Assembly (NCBI GenBank): GCA_030699685.1
Contig: JAUYLJ010000041.1
Span: 6,241 to 70,240 of the forward strand
DNA: 64,000 nt
Reading direction: 5' to 3'
Origin: a bacterium
GTDB taxonomy: Bacteria > Patescibacteriota > Patescibacteriia > JAHIZJ01
The notes beneath the pieces were generated by a model that was not told where the DNA came from, did not search any database, and worked only from the letters and a program-made list of their open reading frames with translations. Shown here in pieces: positions 1-9,844 of this stretch. The translations under genes and the position numbers were made by a program. The first letter of the stretch is position 1; each line of letters begins with the position of its first letter.

Positions 1-138
1 GGTGTAGAGACTCATCGTGCCATATTCCCACGCGCCACCATTCAATTCTCCCCCGTTAATAATCAAACGCGTCTGCCAGGGAAGCAGAAAAACGTACAAA
101 GTCAGCAACCAGTTTTCTAGTTTTCGAAAAAAATTCAT
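1..138 (-). CDS. 5' part of a membrane protein, probably O-antigen ligase family (truncated by window edge)
   Basis: Manual translation MNFFRKLENWLLTLYVFLLPWQTRLIINGGELNGGAWEYGTMSLYT. ATGA overlap with the stop of the upstream gene. FLLPWQTR...WEYGT resembles N-termini of CPR O-antigen-ligase-like proteins (recalled). Confidence 0.55.
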   Translation of the reverse strand, partial: MNFFRKLENWLLTLYVFLLPWQTRLIINGGELNGGAWEYGTMSLYT

Positions 139-1061
139 GCTTCAAACCGCCGTAAGCGCTCTTGCCAGGCATTCTGATATTGCGTACGTCTGTCATTGTC
201 GTGGAATTTCAGCATGGTGTCAGACAGCACTACTCTGGTATCGCGATTGGCCAGGCCGCGAAGGCTGTCAGGCAATATCTTCATTTGATAATTTTCGAAT
301 ACGCGTTCCAAACGATCACCAACTCCCCCCGCGTGAAGTTTTTCGGCCCATGACTGACCCCAAAAGCGTTTTCGCGCGCTGCGCCGCCTGGAAGGAATTA
401 TAGGACCGGCGTTGGGAAACATCTCCCGAACCCAGATGTTGGATTCCCAGAATTTGTTGTATAGACCTTCCGGATCATAAAGCGGCCACACTTGGGTTAC
501 CCAATGAGCAAGGTAGATATCCGGGTTGGTAACACGCAGAGGCGACAAATCGAGACGGTCGGCCGCAATGTAGAAACTAGCGCAAAGTGTATCGCGGGTA
601 TGCGCGCCCGTCGGTCGCTCGCCAAAAAGCTTCAGATAGCCGGTCAGGTACATCCTGGTTGTCCAGATGCGGGCAGGCTGAGTGATGATAAACAAATCAA
701 TATCCGCGTCCTCTCGCGAATTACTGTAAGCCAGGGAATTACACACCGCGATCATGCGGACGAAAGGCAGACGCCGCAGCCGCTGAGTAAATCGCATCAG
801 CTTGCGAAATTTCCCCTCGGCCTCGCGGTAGCGCCGCAGCCGCGTCGTCACGATCTCCTTCCTGCCCTTGAGATAATACATACCCGAATCAGATTCCACT
901 CTTTCGGCCAGCCAAGAATTGGTACGTAGCTCGCGCTGAACTTCTCCCAGGGAAACTTGGTTAGACTGATAGCGCCATAATTCAAACTCAGTCAGAGGAA
1001 AATCAAAAACGTCAAAATAGGCCAGCTCCCTCAGAATCGACGCGGTGATTGCCTTGCTCAT
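135..1061 (-). CDS. Pol-beta-type nucleotidyltransferase-domain protein (CPR-conserved)
   Basis: 308-aa ORF with an NSLAYSNSREDADIDLFII (GS...DxD-like) motif. Confidence 0.65.
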   Translation of the reverse strand: MSKAITASILRELAYFDVFDFPLTEFELWRYQSNQVSLGEVQRELRTNSWLAERVESDSGMYYLKGRKEIVTTRLRRYREAEGKFRKLMRFTQRLRRLPFVRMIAVCNSLAYSNSREDADIDLFIITQPARIWTTRMYLTGYLKLFGERPTGAHTRDTLCASFYIAADRLDLSPLRVTNPDIYLAHWVTQVWPLYDPEGLYNKFWESNIWVREMFPNAGPIIPSRRRSARKRFWGQSWAEKLHAGGVGDRLERVFENYQMKILPDSLRGLANRDTRVVLSDTMLKFHDNDRRTQYQNAWQERLRRFEA

Positions 1062-1194
1062 ATCTGTAGTATGCCTGCTGAAAAACGTTTAGGCAACAAT
1101 GCTTGACAATAAGGAACAAATTCTATTCAATAAGGTCGCTATACAGTCTGTTCTACCGCCCCGTACATTCAACCCGCGAGGAAGGAATCAAACC

Positions 1195-1821
1195 ATGAAC
1201 ACGCCCAATGAGGCTTCCGGTGGATCGACGAAGATCAACGTCGAGGCGCTGATTGCCGCGATCAGGGATAGCGTGGCGGACATTGACGACGCCAGAATCG
1301 TCGCCGATCGCGAAAACTGGGATGATCTCAGTGGCAGCGCTTACGCTGCCCTGACACTGGACAAACTCGAAGAACCGATCACGCTCAATGATCCCATGAT
1401 CGTCCCGGACAGTGTCCAAGTCTCTCTGACTTGGGGACAAGTCAGCGGCGATGACGAAGATCTCGTACTCAGGCTCTTCCATGATCGCTTCGACGCCGGT
1501 GCCGAAAACATCATGGTCGTGGTCGAGCTTGACGAAGAAGGGCTCGCCAGAGAACTGGAGGCTGTGGAGACAATCGATGGCTTCGGCGACGTGACGGTCC
1601 ATCTCAGGATCACGGTTGAAGACCTCAAGCTCGAGACGAGAACGGACTCTCCGGTTTCGATCAGTGAGTTGCTTGGCGATGGTCTCGAAGAAGTCTGGGA
1701 AGCCCGCCTGCATGCACCGGCTACCGATGACTTGCCGAGCGACAACCCTACAAGACAAGAGATCGACACCGATGATGCCGATCCCAGAAACCGGGCCTAC
1801 GGCTTCCCAACCGAGTCCTGA
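1195..1821 (+). CDS. acidic hypothetical protein (ORFan)
   Basis: ORF starts at MNTPNE after a GAGGAAGGA SD. TTGACA promoter at 1103; hairpin plus T-tract at about 1850-1880. Confidence 0.6.
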   Translation: MNTPNEASGGSTKINVEALIAAIRDSVADIDDARIVADRENWDDLSGSAYAALTLDKLEEPITLNDPMIVPDSVQVSLTWGQVSGDDEDLVLRLFHDRFDAGAENIMVVVELDEEGLARELEAVETIDGFGDVTVHLRITVEDLKLETRTDSPVSISELLGDGLEEVWEARLHAPATDDLPSDNPTRQEIDTDDADPRNRAYGFPTES

Positions 1822-2092
1822 GCACCTTCCGCCACCCTTTGTCCACCACCCCCCCCTCCATAAGGTGAGGGGTTTTTGTTTGCGTAAGGCTAAGCGTACG
1901 AGCACCCAGTTGAATTTATTTCAGAGTATTGAGATTTCTTTAGCCAACGGCAAACAACCCGCCATAGTTCCGACGTGTACCTCAAGGGAAAGGGTACAAC
2001 CTCAAGACGATATGTATAACTTCGAAATTATAGCAAGATACACAGCAGGCGAGGATGGCCATCCTCGCCTGCGGAAATGGTATACTTCACCC

Positions 2093-2614
2093 ATGTCCAT
2101 CTTCCGCTACGTGCCAAATACTTTGACTGTTTCCCGGATGGGGCTGGCTGTCTTGGTATTCTTCGAAATACTCTTCGAGGACTACAATTCCGCCTTGTTC
2201 CTCTTTCTCCTGGCCCTGACCACTGACTACCTGGATGGCGCAATCGCGCGAAAAACACATTCGACAACCAAATTTGGCGCCGACGTGCTTGAAACCGTGG
2301 CCGACGCCACGCTTTTTTTCGCGGCGCTATTTGGAATCATGTTGTCTCAAAACTGGCCACTATGGATTCTGATCGGACTCATTGTCGGCGGTGTATTGTA
2401 TCTCGTGTTGTTTCGGCGGCAAAAACTATTGCGGCCATTTTTTCTGGCTCTGGAACCTATTCTGGACGGAATCGGTGTAGCAACTATCGCCATCTGGCTC
2501 TCAATTCAAGCCGGCTGGCCGTGGTTGATTATCAGTATTGCTTTTTTCTTGTTCGCGGTGGTTTTTAAACACAAAAGGATCGGCGAACTGCTGAGACGGT
2601 GGAAAAAGATATAG
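2093..2614 (+). CDS. CDP-alcohol phosphatidyltransferase family protein
   Basis: PNTLTVSR and TDYLDGAIARKTHSTTKFGADVLETVAD match the DGxxARxxxxxxxxGxxLD motif; hydrophobic; TATACT 6 nt before ATG. Confidence 0.85.
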   Translation: MSIFRYVPNTLTVSRMGLAVLVFFEILFEDYNSALFLFLLALTTDYLDGAIARKTHSTTKFGADVLETVADATLFFAALFGIMLSQNWPLWILIGLIVGGVLYLVLFRRQKLLRPFFLALEPILDGIGVATIAIWLSIQAGWPWLIISIAFFLFAVVFKHKRIGELLRRWKKI

Positions 2615-3002
2615 TCAGTCATTTCGACCAATCGCCCATAGGCGTTGAGGGGAAATCTCCCAATTGAACAAGCCGGTCGTGCTGATATATCGTATCGTTT
2701 TGGAGGCTTGCCCTCGCTTGCTTCGACTTCGCTCGCCAGAGATTGCTCAAACAGTGTAGCCAAATATTCTTCGAGCGAGGAGTACTCGACGGGTCGAGAA
2801 GGAAGTCTGATGAGATGTATAAAAGCTTTTCTCAACGTCTTCCTATACCCGAACGTGTGCTCGCGCGAGTAGTACAGGGTCCGAAAGAGATAATAGGCTT
2901 ACCGGCGCAAACAGAGATTTGTGCCTACGCAGAAAATTAACACTGTGTAGCTCCTAATCCCTGTCCAGAGCTTATCAAAGGTTTGTTTGAAACAAGGCTT
3001 AC

Positions 3003-5894
3003 TTATTTCTTCTCTAACACTTTTTTGAGATACTGCCCGGTATACGACTTCTTTACATTGGCGACTTCCTTGGGAGTGCCTTGAGCAACGATCTGGCCTC
3101 CCCCGCTGCCGCCTTCGGGACCCAGGTCAATGACCCAATCAACGGACTTAATCACGTCCAGGTTGTGCTCGATGATCAGCATGGTGTTTCCTTTGTCCGC
3201 CAACTGGTTCAGGACGGAAAGCAGATGTTTGACGTCATCAAAATGCAAACCAGTAGTCGGCTCGTCCAGGATATAGAGAGTCCGGCCTGTGGCGCGTCGC
3301 GACAACTCCGTGGCGAGCTTGATGCGCTGAGCTTCTCCGCCGGAAAGTGTGGTAGCTGACTGACCTAAATGGAGATACCCTAAACCGACATCTTTGAGCG
3401 TCCGTAGCTTCTGGCGAATGGCCGGGATACTGTCAAAGAAGTCGTACGCTTCCTCAGTCGTCATGTCGAGTATTTCAGCGATACTTTTTCCTTTGTAGTG
3501 GATCTCCAAAGCGGCCTGATTGTAGCGTTGGCCATGACATTCTTCGCACTCCACGTAGACGTCCGGCAAGAATTGCATTTCGATTTTTTTATAGCCCTCT
3601 CCCTGACAGGCTTCGCAGCGGCCGCCCTTGACGTTGAAGCTGAAGCGCCCCGCTTTATAGCCGCGTAGCTTAGCCTCAGGCATCTGCGTGAAAAGATCAC
3701 GGATGTAAGTAAAGACGCCCGTATAGGTGGCGGCGTTGGAGCGCGGCGTGCGGCCGATCGGCGACTGGTCAATCACAATCACCTTGTCTAAGTGCTCTAA
3801 CCCCTTGATTTCCTTATGCTTGCCCGGCAGCTCCTTGGCGCGGTAAAAATGCTGGGCCAGCGCGCGAGCCAAAATATCAGTCATCAGCGTTGACTTGCCC
3901 GAACCCGACACGCCAGTAATACAGACAAATTTACCCAGAGGGATGTCAACCGTCACGTTCTTGAGGTTAAATTCTTCCGCGCCAACGATAGTTAAGAACT
4001 TTCCGTTGCCTTTGCGGTATTTCGTGGGCGGATTGATGGCCAGGCGGCCGGAAAGATATTTACCCGTGAGCGACTTGGGGTGTTTGGTCACTTGAGCTGG
4101 AGTGCCGATAGCCACGACTTCACCTCCATGCTCACCGGCTCCCGGACCGATATCCACCACGAAGTCGGCTTCCTCAATCGTGTTTTCGTCATGTTCAACC
4201 ACAATCACCGTGTTCCCCAGGTCTCGCAGGCTTTTGAGCGTGGCAATCAGTTTGTCGTTGTCTCGCTGGTGCAGACCGATCGACGGTTCGTCCAGGATGT
4301 AGACGACGCCGACCAGCGAAGAACCGATTTGCGTAGCCAGCCGGATTCGCTGGGCCTCGCCTCCAGCCAGGGTATTCGCCGAGCGGTCTAGCGTCAGGTA
4401 GTTCAGTCCAACATCTTGAAGAAATCGCAGGCGGTTTGTTATTTCTTTCAGCACCTGTCCAGCGATTTTCATCTGACGCTCGCTCAAGCTGTCCTTGCTT
4501 GATTTCCTGGCCAACGAATTAAAAAACTCCACGGCGTCATCAATGGTATACGATACCACCCTGTCGATTGATTGATTACCGACCGTCACCGCCAAGGCTT
4601 CTGGACGCAAACGACGCCCTTCGCAGGAGGGACAAGGATATATTCTCATATAGCGCTCGATCTCGGTGCGAATGTAATCAGAGTCAGTCTCTTTATACCG
4701 CCGCTCCAGATTGGGAATGACGCCTTCGAAGGTTGTCCAGAATTCCCTCACTTTGCCCCGTCCGTCGGCGTTGTTGACATCGTAGGTTTTTTCGCCCGTT
4801 CCGAACAGAATAGTTTTGAGTTGTTTGGGAATCAACTTGTCCACTGGCGTGTTGGTCGTGAATCCGTTGGACTGCGCCACAGTTTCCAGCACGCGATAAT
4901 ACCAGGTTTGGTTCGAGGATGTGCGCGACCACGGCCGGATCGCTCCCTGCGCCAGAGTCAGTTTTTTGTTTGGGATGACCAGATCGGCGTCAATCTCAAG
5001 CTTGGTTCCCAAACCGGAACACTCAGGGCAAGCGCCATGCGGATTGTTGAATGAAAAATTCCTGGGCTCAATTTCCGTCAGGCTTACGTCGCACTCCGCG
5101 CAGGCAAAATGCTGGCTGAAGATCGTGTCCTTTTCTTCCTCGTCTTTCTGTACCAAAATAATACCGTTACCTAGATCAAGAGCGGTTTCCACGGATTCAA
5201 CCAGACGGCTGCGGTCGCTGGCTTCGTCTTTTTTAGGCTTCTTGCGCGTCTCGGGACTGATCTCCAGCCGGTCAACCACAACTTCCATCGTATGCTTCTT
5301 GTGTTTATCCACGACCAGCGCTTCGGCTTCTTCGACTGAATACAACAATGAGTCGAAACGAACCCGGACATATCCGGATTTCTTGATCTTTTCCAGAACA
5401 TTTTTGTGCTCGCCTTTTTGGTCCTTGATCAGCGGCGCCAAGAGGCTGATTTTTGTCCCGTCCGGCCAGCTCAAAATCCTTTCGACAATTTGATCAACGG
5501 TCTGCCGGGAGACTTCTTTGCCGCAGTTGGGGCAGTGCGGCGTGCCCACACGGGCATAGAGTAAACGGAGATAGTCATATACTTCCGTCACCGTACCGAC
5601 GGTCGAGCGCGGATTATGGGAGGTTGATTTCTGGTCAATGGATATTGCCGGCGACAAGCCGTCGATTTGATCCACATCGGGCTTATCCATCAAACCCAAA
5701 AACTGCCGCGCGTAGGCCGAGAGAGATTCGACATAACGGCGCTGCCCTTCGGCGTAAATCGTGTCAAAGGCCAGGGAAGATTTTCCCGATCCGGAAATGC
5801 CGGTAAAGACGATGAGTTTGTCGCGAGGAATCTCAAGGCTGATATTTTTGAGATTGTGAACCCTCGCGCCTTTGATGACAATTTTCCCCGCCAT
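3003..5894 (-). CDS. uvrA: excinuclease ABC subunit A
   Basis: GARVHNLKN, two Walker A motifs ([16 protein letters not shown]), zinc fingers, LSGGEAQR; 963 aa. Confidence 0.99.
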   Translation of the reverse strand: MAGKIVIKGARVHNLKNISLEIPRDKLIVFTGISGSGKSSLAFDTIYAEGQRRYVESLSAYARQFLGLMDKPDVDQIDGLSPAISIDQKSTSHNPRSTVGTVTEVYDYLRLLYARVGTPHCPNCGKEVSRQTVDQIVERILSWPDGTKISLLAPLIKDQKGEHKNVLEKIKKSGYVRVRFDSLLYSVEEAEALVVDKHKKHTMEVVVDRLEISPETRKKPKKDEASDRSRLVESVETALDLGNGIILVQKDEEEKDTIFSQHFACAECDVSLTEIEPRNFSFNNPHGACPECSGLGTKLEIDADLVIPNKKLTLAQGAIRPWSRTSSNQTWYYRVLETVAQSNGFTTNTPVDKLIPKQLKTILFGTGEKTYDVNNADGRGKVREFWTTFEGVIPNLERRYKETDSDYIRTEIERYMRIYPCPSCEGRRLRPEALAVTVGNQSIDRVVSYTIDDAVEFFNSLARKSSKDSLSERQMKIAGQVLKEITNRLRFLQDVGLNYLTLDRSANTLAGGEAQRIRLATQIGSSLVGVVYILDEPSIGLHQRDNDKLIATLKSLRDLGNTVIVVEHDENTIEEADFVVDIGPGAGEHGGEVVAIGTPAQVTKHPKSLTGKYLSGRLAINPPTKYRKGNGKFLTIVGAEEFNLKNVTVDIPLGKFVCITGVSGSGKSTLMTDILARALAQHFYRAKELPGKHKEIKGLEHLDKVIVIDQSPIGRTPRSNAATYTGVFTYIRDLFTQMPEAKLRGYKAGRFSFNVKGGRCEACQGEGYKKIEMQFLPDVYVECEECHGQRYNQAALEIHYKGKSIAEILDMTTEEAYDFFDSIPAIRQKLRTLKDVGLGYLHLGQSATTLSGGEAQRIKLATELSRRATGRTLYILDEPTTGLHFDDVKHLLSVLNQLADKGNTMLIIEHNLDVIKSVDWVIDLGPEGGSGGGQIVAQGTPKEVANVKKSYTGQYLKKVLEKK

Positions 5895-6000
5895 AAGCCG
5901 CCAATAGAAAAAAATAACTCAGCGACAGTATACATGGGTATGAGATTCCTGACAAGGGGTGTCAGGAGCCCTAAAGAAAAAAGGGGTTGCTCCTAGGCAA

Positions 6001-6735
6001 TTACCCCTTTGATTTGAGTCGTTCTTGAAACCATTTGATCAACGCGCCGGTCGCCTGACGGCCCTGGGACGGCCGGGAGAGAACATGATCGGCACGCTTG
6101 TAGTGCCGGTGAACGACGCTGGCGGCCGACCGGGCGGCGGCCAGATTATTAGCAACGGTCTGTGGCGGCACGGTGGTGTCGCGGCCTCCCGAGATGATCA
6201 GCAGATCACCTGTGAATCGAGACAGCGCCCGCAGTCCACGATTACTCCTCGGCGTCACCTTCCTCAGACGGTAGCGCTTGAGACGCTCGTCGACGATCGT
6301 GACCACTGGAGCGTCAAACAGCCTATCCTCATACGTCGCCGGAGCGCGCAGCGCCAACCAGCGAAGATCGCGTTCCACCGACAGCAGTGAGAGCAGATGA
6401 CAGGCATAGCTGGCTCCGTGCGCACCGATACGCTTCGGGTCGACGCGCGGGTGCGCCGCCAACAGGTCGTAGGCAGCTTTGAGGTCCCGCAAGTGATTCT
6501 GCCTGGAGCAGGTCTCCTTGGAACCCTGGCTCCGACCATGGCCGCGCAGGTTCACGGTCATGGCCACCATTCCCAGCGCCGCCAGCTGACGAGCAACGGG
6601 GATATATCCCCGTTCACTCCCATTCCATCCATGCACGAGCAGGACAGCGGGGAGTTTGCCCTTGGGCTGTCTCGCCGGGAAGAACATCTTCCCCTGGAGA
6701 ATCAGCTCATCAACTTCGAAGTGAAACTCTTTCAT
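6001..6735 (-). CDS. alpha/beta hydrolase
   Basis: VLLVHGW, RGHGRS, GASYA nucleophile elbow, D (RDTTVP) and H (ADH); GGAGG SD before MKEFHF. Confidence 0.85.
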   Translation of the reverse strand: MKEFHFEVDELILQGKMFFPARQPKGKLPAVLLVHGWNGSERGYIPVARQLAALGMVAMTVNLRGHGRSQGSKETCSRQNHLRDLKAAYDLLAAHPRVDPKRIGAHGASYACHLLSLLSVERDLRWLALRAPATYEDRLFDAPVVTIVDERLKRYRLRKVTPRSNRGLRALSRFTGDLLIISGGRDTTVPPQTVANNLAAARSAASVVHRHYKRADHVLSRPSQGRQATGALIKWFQERLKSKG

Positions 6736-6862
6736 CTTTCGTATCCTCCGTTTGGACGGCTGACGTCTCTGGGACTGGAGTTTCCGGGTTCTGGATTTCA
6801 AAAATCGACCCGCCACCGTAACACGCCTCCGGCGCCGAGTCAAGGTATTCTTCATCGATGAT

Positions 6863-8362
6863 TTAGATGGCGTCAATTTCGTCACTCTGACTATCATCCT
6901 CATCATTCTCATCAGACTGGTCTTTTCGCAGCGCTGTCGACAATTTAGTGATGATCTGGCCGATCTCGGGTTTGACGGAAAAAGAAGACGTGGCAATCTG
7001 CTGGGGGAAGACCAGCTTGAAGAGCCGAGCTACGTTTTTGGTGATGCGACCGCCTACTCGCGGCACGGCGTCAATGACGATGAATTCGTTTTCGTTCTTC
7101 AACTCCCAGGGGAAAGCGCCGTAACGTTCGAGTCTTATCCCGCCCTCTTTTGGCTGATAGGAGTAGATGCCCGAGGCCATCGGCAGTTTCATTTCCGATA
7201 TACCTTTGGGCGTTAGAAACACATGCGAAATGGTCTTGCGCTGCTTCAACGCCTGGTTCACTTCGTCAAAATTGAACGGCGCGTCTATCCGCAGATTACT
7301 GATCAGGTGAAAAAGTTCAAGCGGCGGAACGCCTTGCCACATCGACATCAGCGAATAGAGCGGCAGGGCGCCGGTAAAACGCGGATTGCACTCAATCGGG
7401 AAGATGGCCCCCGTTTCTTTATCCATGATGAAGTCGATGCCAAAAATACCTCGGTAGCCTTTATCAGCCAGATAGGCGCCCAGCGACTCGACCGATTTCT
7501 GAGCCGTCTCTTCTGCCTCGGAATTCCAGGGGCGAAAGCCGAAATCATGACCCATGAATACTCCCGTGCCAAGTTGTCCGTGCAAGGACTCCGGGATATC
7601 AATCAGTTGAAGCTGAAGCGTGCCTGAAAGCACTCCCTGGGCAGTGACACAGCCAAGCATGGAGAGTGAATACCCGTCGACGAAGGGTGACACGGTTAAT
7701 TTTGTGTAACGCTCGTCTTTGATCAGGATCTCCCGCGCCGTTTCCCAATCCTGCTTTGATCTGATGAAGAAAGTTCCGAGCTCGCCGGCCACGTCGAAAT
7801 CCGCCCGCTGCACGACAAAAGAACGCCGCCACAGCTCCCAGAGGTCACGCAGCGACATTTGGAAAAATTCTTCACGAGGGATTTCCTTGTTTGGTATGCA
7901 GGGCAGACCTCGCTCACGCACTATGCGGCGGAATTCACCTTTGAATTTGAGCGAGTCGAAACTTTTCGGCTCATTGCCCACCCAGTCGATCTTGAATTCG
8001 TTAAGAGTGTCGACTATTTTCTGCGTTGTTTGATAAAACATCAGCCGGTAGGGTAGGCGCCGGGATTTCAGAAAAGCTTGAAACGCGTAGTTGCGCAGGA
8101 GATAGCCGGTGGCATGGACTTTGGCCGCCACTTTCGGATGGCGCTCTTCCAGACAGAAAATCTTGGCGTACTCCCGCAAGGTATCATTGTCGGTCGTGTC
8201 TTTGACCGAGTAGATGGCGTAATTTTTCAAAAACAGCGCCGGCGTGATCCGGGAATATGGCGAAAAGCCGATGGCGATGGTCGACTTTCGGTCAATCAAC
8301 TCGAGCACTTTGACCAAGTCCGGCACGAAACGTTTCCAGTCCTGAAGCTGCTGAAGATTCAT
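6863..8362 (-). CDS. ATP-grasp domain protein (PGM1/biotin-carboxylase-like ligase)
   Basis: GYRGIFGIDF...IECNPRFTG ATP-grasp signature; 499 aa. Confidence 0.8.
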   Translation of the reverse strand: MNLQQLQDWKRFVPDLVKVLELIDRKSTIAIGFSPYSRITPALFLKNYAIYSVKDTTDNDTLREYAKIFCLEERHPKVAAKVHATGYLLRNYAFQAFLKSRRLPYRLMFYQTTQKIVDTLNEFKIDWVGNEPKSFDSLKFKGEFRRIVRERGLPCIPNKEIPREEFFQMSLRDLWELWRRSFVVQRADFDVAGELGTFFIRSKQDWETAREILIKDERYTKLTVSPFVDGYSLSMLGCVTAQGVLSGTLQLQLIDIPESLHGQLGTGVFMGHDFGFRPWNSEAEETAQKSVESLGAYLADKGYRGIFGIDFIMDKETGAIFPIECNPRFTGALPLYSLMSMWQGVPPLELFHLISNLRIDAPFNFDEVNQALKQRKTISHVFLTPKGISEMKLPMASGIYSYQPKEGGIRLERYGAFPWELKNENEFIVIDAVPRVGGRITKNVARLFKLVFPQQIATSSFSVKPEIGQIITKLSTALRKDQSDENDEDDSQSDEIDAI

Positions 8363-8410
8363 GCGGGTATAGTAACATAAAGAGGACTATCTGTACTAAG
8401 CGAAATGAAA

Positions 8411-8446
8411 GAAGGGGAGGGAGCGCTTTGTGCACTCTCTCCCCTG
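8411..8446 (-). terminator. intrinsic terminator of the cold-shock-domain gene
   Basis: minus strand GGGGAGAGAGTGC/GCGCTCCCTCCCC hairpin followed by TTCTTT. Confidence 0.6.
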
Positions 8447-8467
8447 ATAGCGGTTGTGAGCAACAGA

Positions 8468-9265
8468 TCAGGAGGCGGCCCTGACCAGACGAGCCTGGCG
8501 GCAGTTCCCGGACTGGTCCGAATCCTGCTTCCAGTACACTCCGGTCATGGGTGCCAGGACCCGGAAAGGTCCCTCACCCTCGACCTTGGAGAAGTGGACA
8601 CGGGTGTCCACTCCATCGGAGCCGGCGATGAGTCCCATCCCCGTGACGAGGTTGAACCACTTGACTGCTCCCGTTTCCCAGGGGTGCCGAGGCTCCACTT
8701 GCGGCGGATCCCAGGTGATCTCTGGAGCTTCCGTCGGAAGCTCCGCGTCGGCCAGAAGCTCCGTCAGACGGAGCGCCGCCGACTGGAAGGTCCGACTGAA
8801 GTCCGCGCCCGGATAGGCGTGGACCGCCCGGGCAGGGAAGAATTCCACCTCGCCATCCTGGCGGATGGCCTGGATGTCGTAGATCTCCTGGATGGACAGG
8901 TAGAACCTGCCCTTCCGGGTGGTGATCGCGACCTGCGCTGCGGCGATATTCCCCGTCGGGGTGACGAGGACGACATCGGCGTTGTCCACGCCCTTCTGAC
9001 GGGTGTGGGGAATTTTCACCCCCCGCCCACCGTCCTTCCACTCGACGGGAACCGTCAGAGTGAAGGAAGGATCCAGTGGGACCATCTCACCGTCGAAGAG
9101 CGTGTAGGGCTTCTCCCCCATCGCCGCTTCGTACGAGACGGTGACGTCGATCCGCTCGGTGCCTGACTCGACACCGATGAGCTCAGTCCAGACCGCCATG
9201 TCGGTGAGAGTCTGAGCTTCCCCTTCTTGGAAATTGGCCGTGGCCGTGAGTCCTCCGAACTGCAT
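8468..9265 (-). CDS. protein with C-terminal cold-shock (OB-fold) domain
   Basis: C-terminal ETGAVKWFNLVTGMGLIAGSDGVDTRVHFSKV (RNP1/RNP2-like); purine-rich SD before MQFGG. Confidence 0.7.
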   Translation of the reverse strand: MQFGGLTATANFQEGEAQTLTDMAVWTELIGVESGTERIDVTVSYEAAMGEKPYTLFDGEMVPLDPSFTLTVPVEWKDGGRGVKIPHTRQKGVDNADVVLVTPTGNIAAAQVAITTRKGRFYLSIQEIYDIQAIRQDGEVEFFPARAVHAYPGADFSRTFQSAALRLTELLADAELPTEAPEITWDPPQVEPRHPWETGAVKWFNLVTGMGLIAGSDGVDTRVHFSKVEGEGPFRVLAPMTGVYWKQDSDQSGNCRQARLVRAAS

Positions 9266-9637
9266 TGTCGTACCCCCTTCCGGAAAGTGTTGGTGGTCAG
9301 TGTCAGTATATGTTGCTCGAAGGTGCGCCTTGGTGTTTTCCGCCGAAGAGGCGGTCCAAGGAGTGCTGGTTTTCACCAAGGCACTGGAGTGAACTCAGAA
9401 GGCAAATTCACGTCAGTAGCTTCGTGAGCGATAACGCTATGGTAGACAACAATGGCCATCAGGGTAAGACTAAAGAAAACGGGCGAAAGTTTGCAACAGT
9501 GCTCCGGAGGAAAAAGCACTGCTGCAAACTCCCACCCGCTTCAGAAACATAGACCTCCGTCTAAGAGTCTCCCCTGTGCCTACGTATCAATGTGCATAGA
9601 AACAAACAGCACGACTGGTACAGGGTAGTAACGGCGC

Positions 9638-9666
9638 AGTATAGCGCAATGCCTCGAGCTTGTCAA
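9638..9666 (-). promoter_or_regulatory. sigma70 promoter TTGACA-N17-TATACT
   Basis: near-consensus boxes with exact 17-nt spacing, pointing towards the cold-shock-domain gene. Confidence 0.75.
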
Positions 9667-9721
9667 GAGTTGTTTTACACTTTTGGCTAATATTAGCAAT
9701 AATCAACCTCCACGCCCTCAT

Positions 9722-9804
9722 GTCATCCCGAAAGAATGTGAGGAATCTCCAGAGAGTAAATAGATTCTGGAGATTCCTCCCCAACCGCGCCAGCTCGCAA
9801 TGAC
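9722..9804. repeat. REP-like palindromic element
   Basis: GTCAT...ATGAC ends; internal perfect 14-bp inverted repeat GAGGAATCTCCAGA (9740-9753) / TCTGGAGATTCCTC (9766-9779). Confidence 0.65.
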
Positions 9805-9844
9805 GGCGTGGGGTCGTCATCTCAATACCTGCTATACTTCCCGC

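Noticed and set aside
1153-1905. 250-aa minus-strand ORF (and the similar 8405-9166 plus-strand ORF)
   Set aside because: Antisense to genes with better SD, codon and terminator support; long shadows are expected in GC3-rich genes.
2506-2835. 109-aa minus-strand ORF between the CDP-alcohol transferase and uvrA
   Set aside because: TTG start without SD, overlaps the neighbouring gene and runs through degenerate palindromic repeats.
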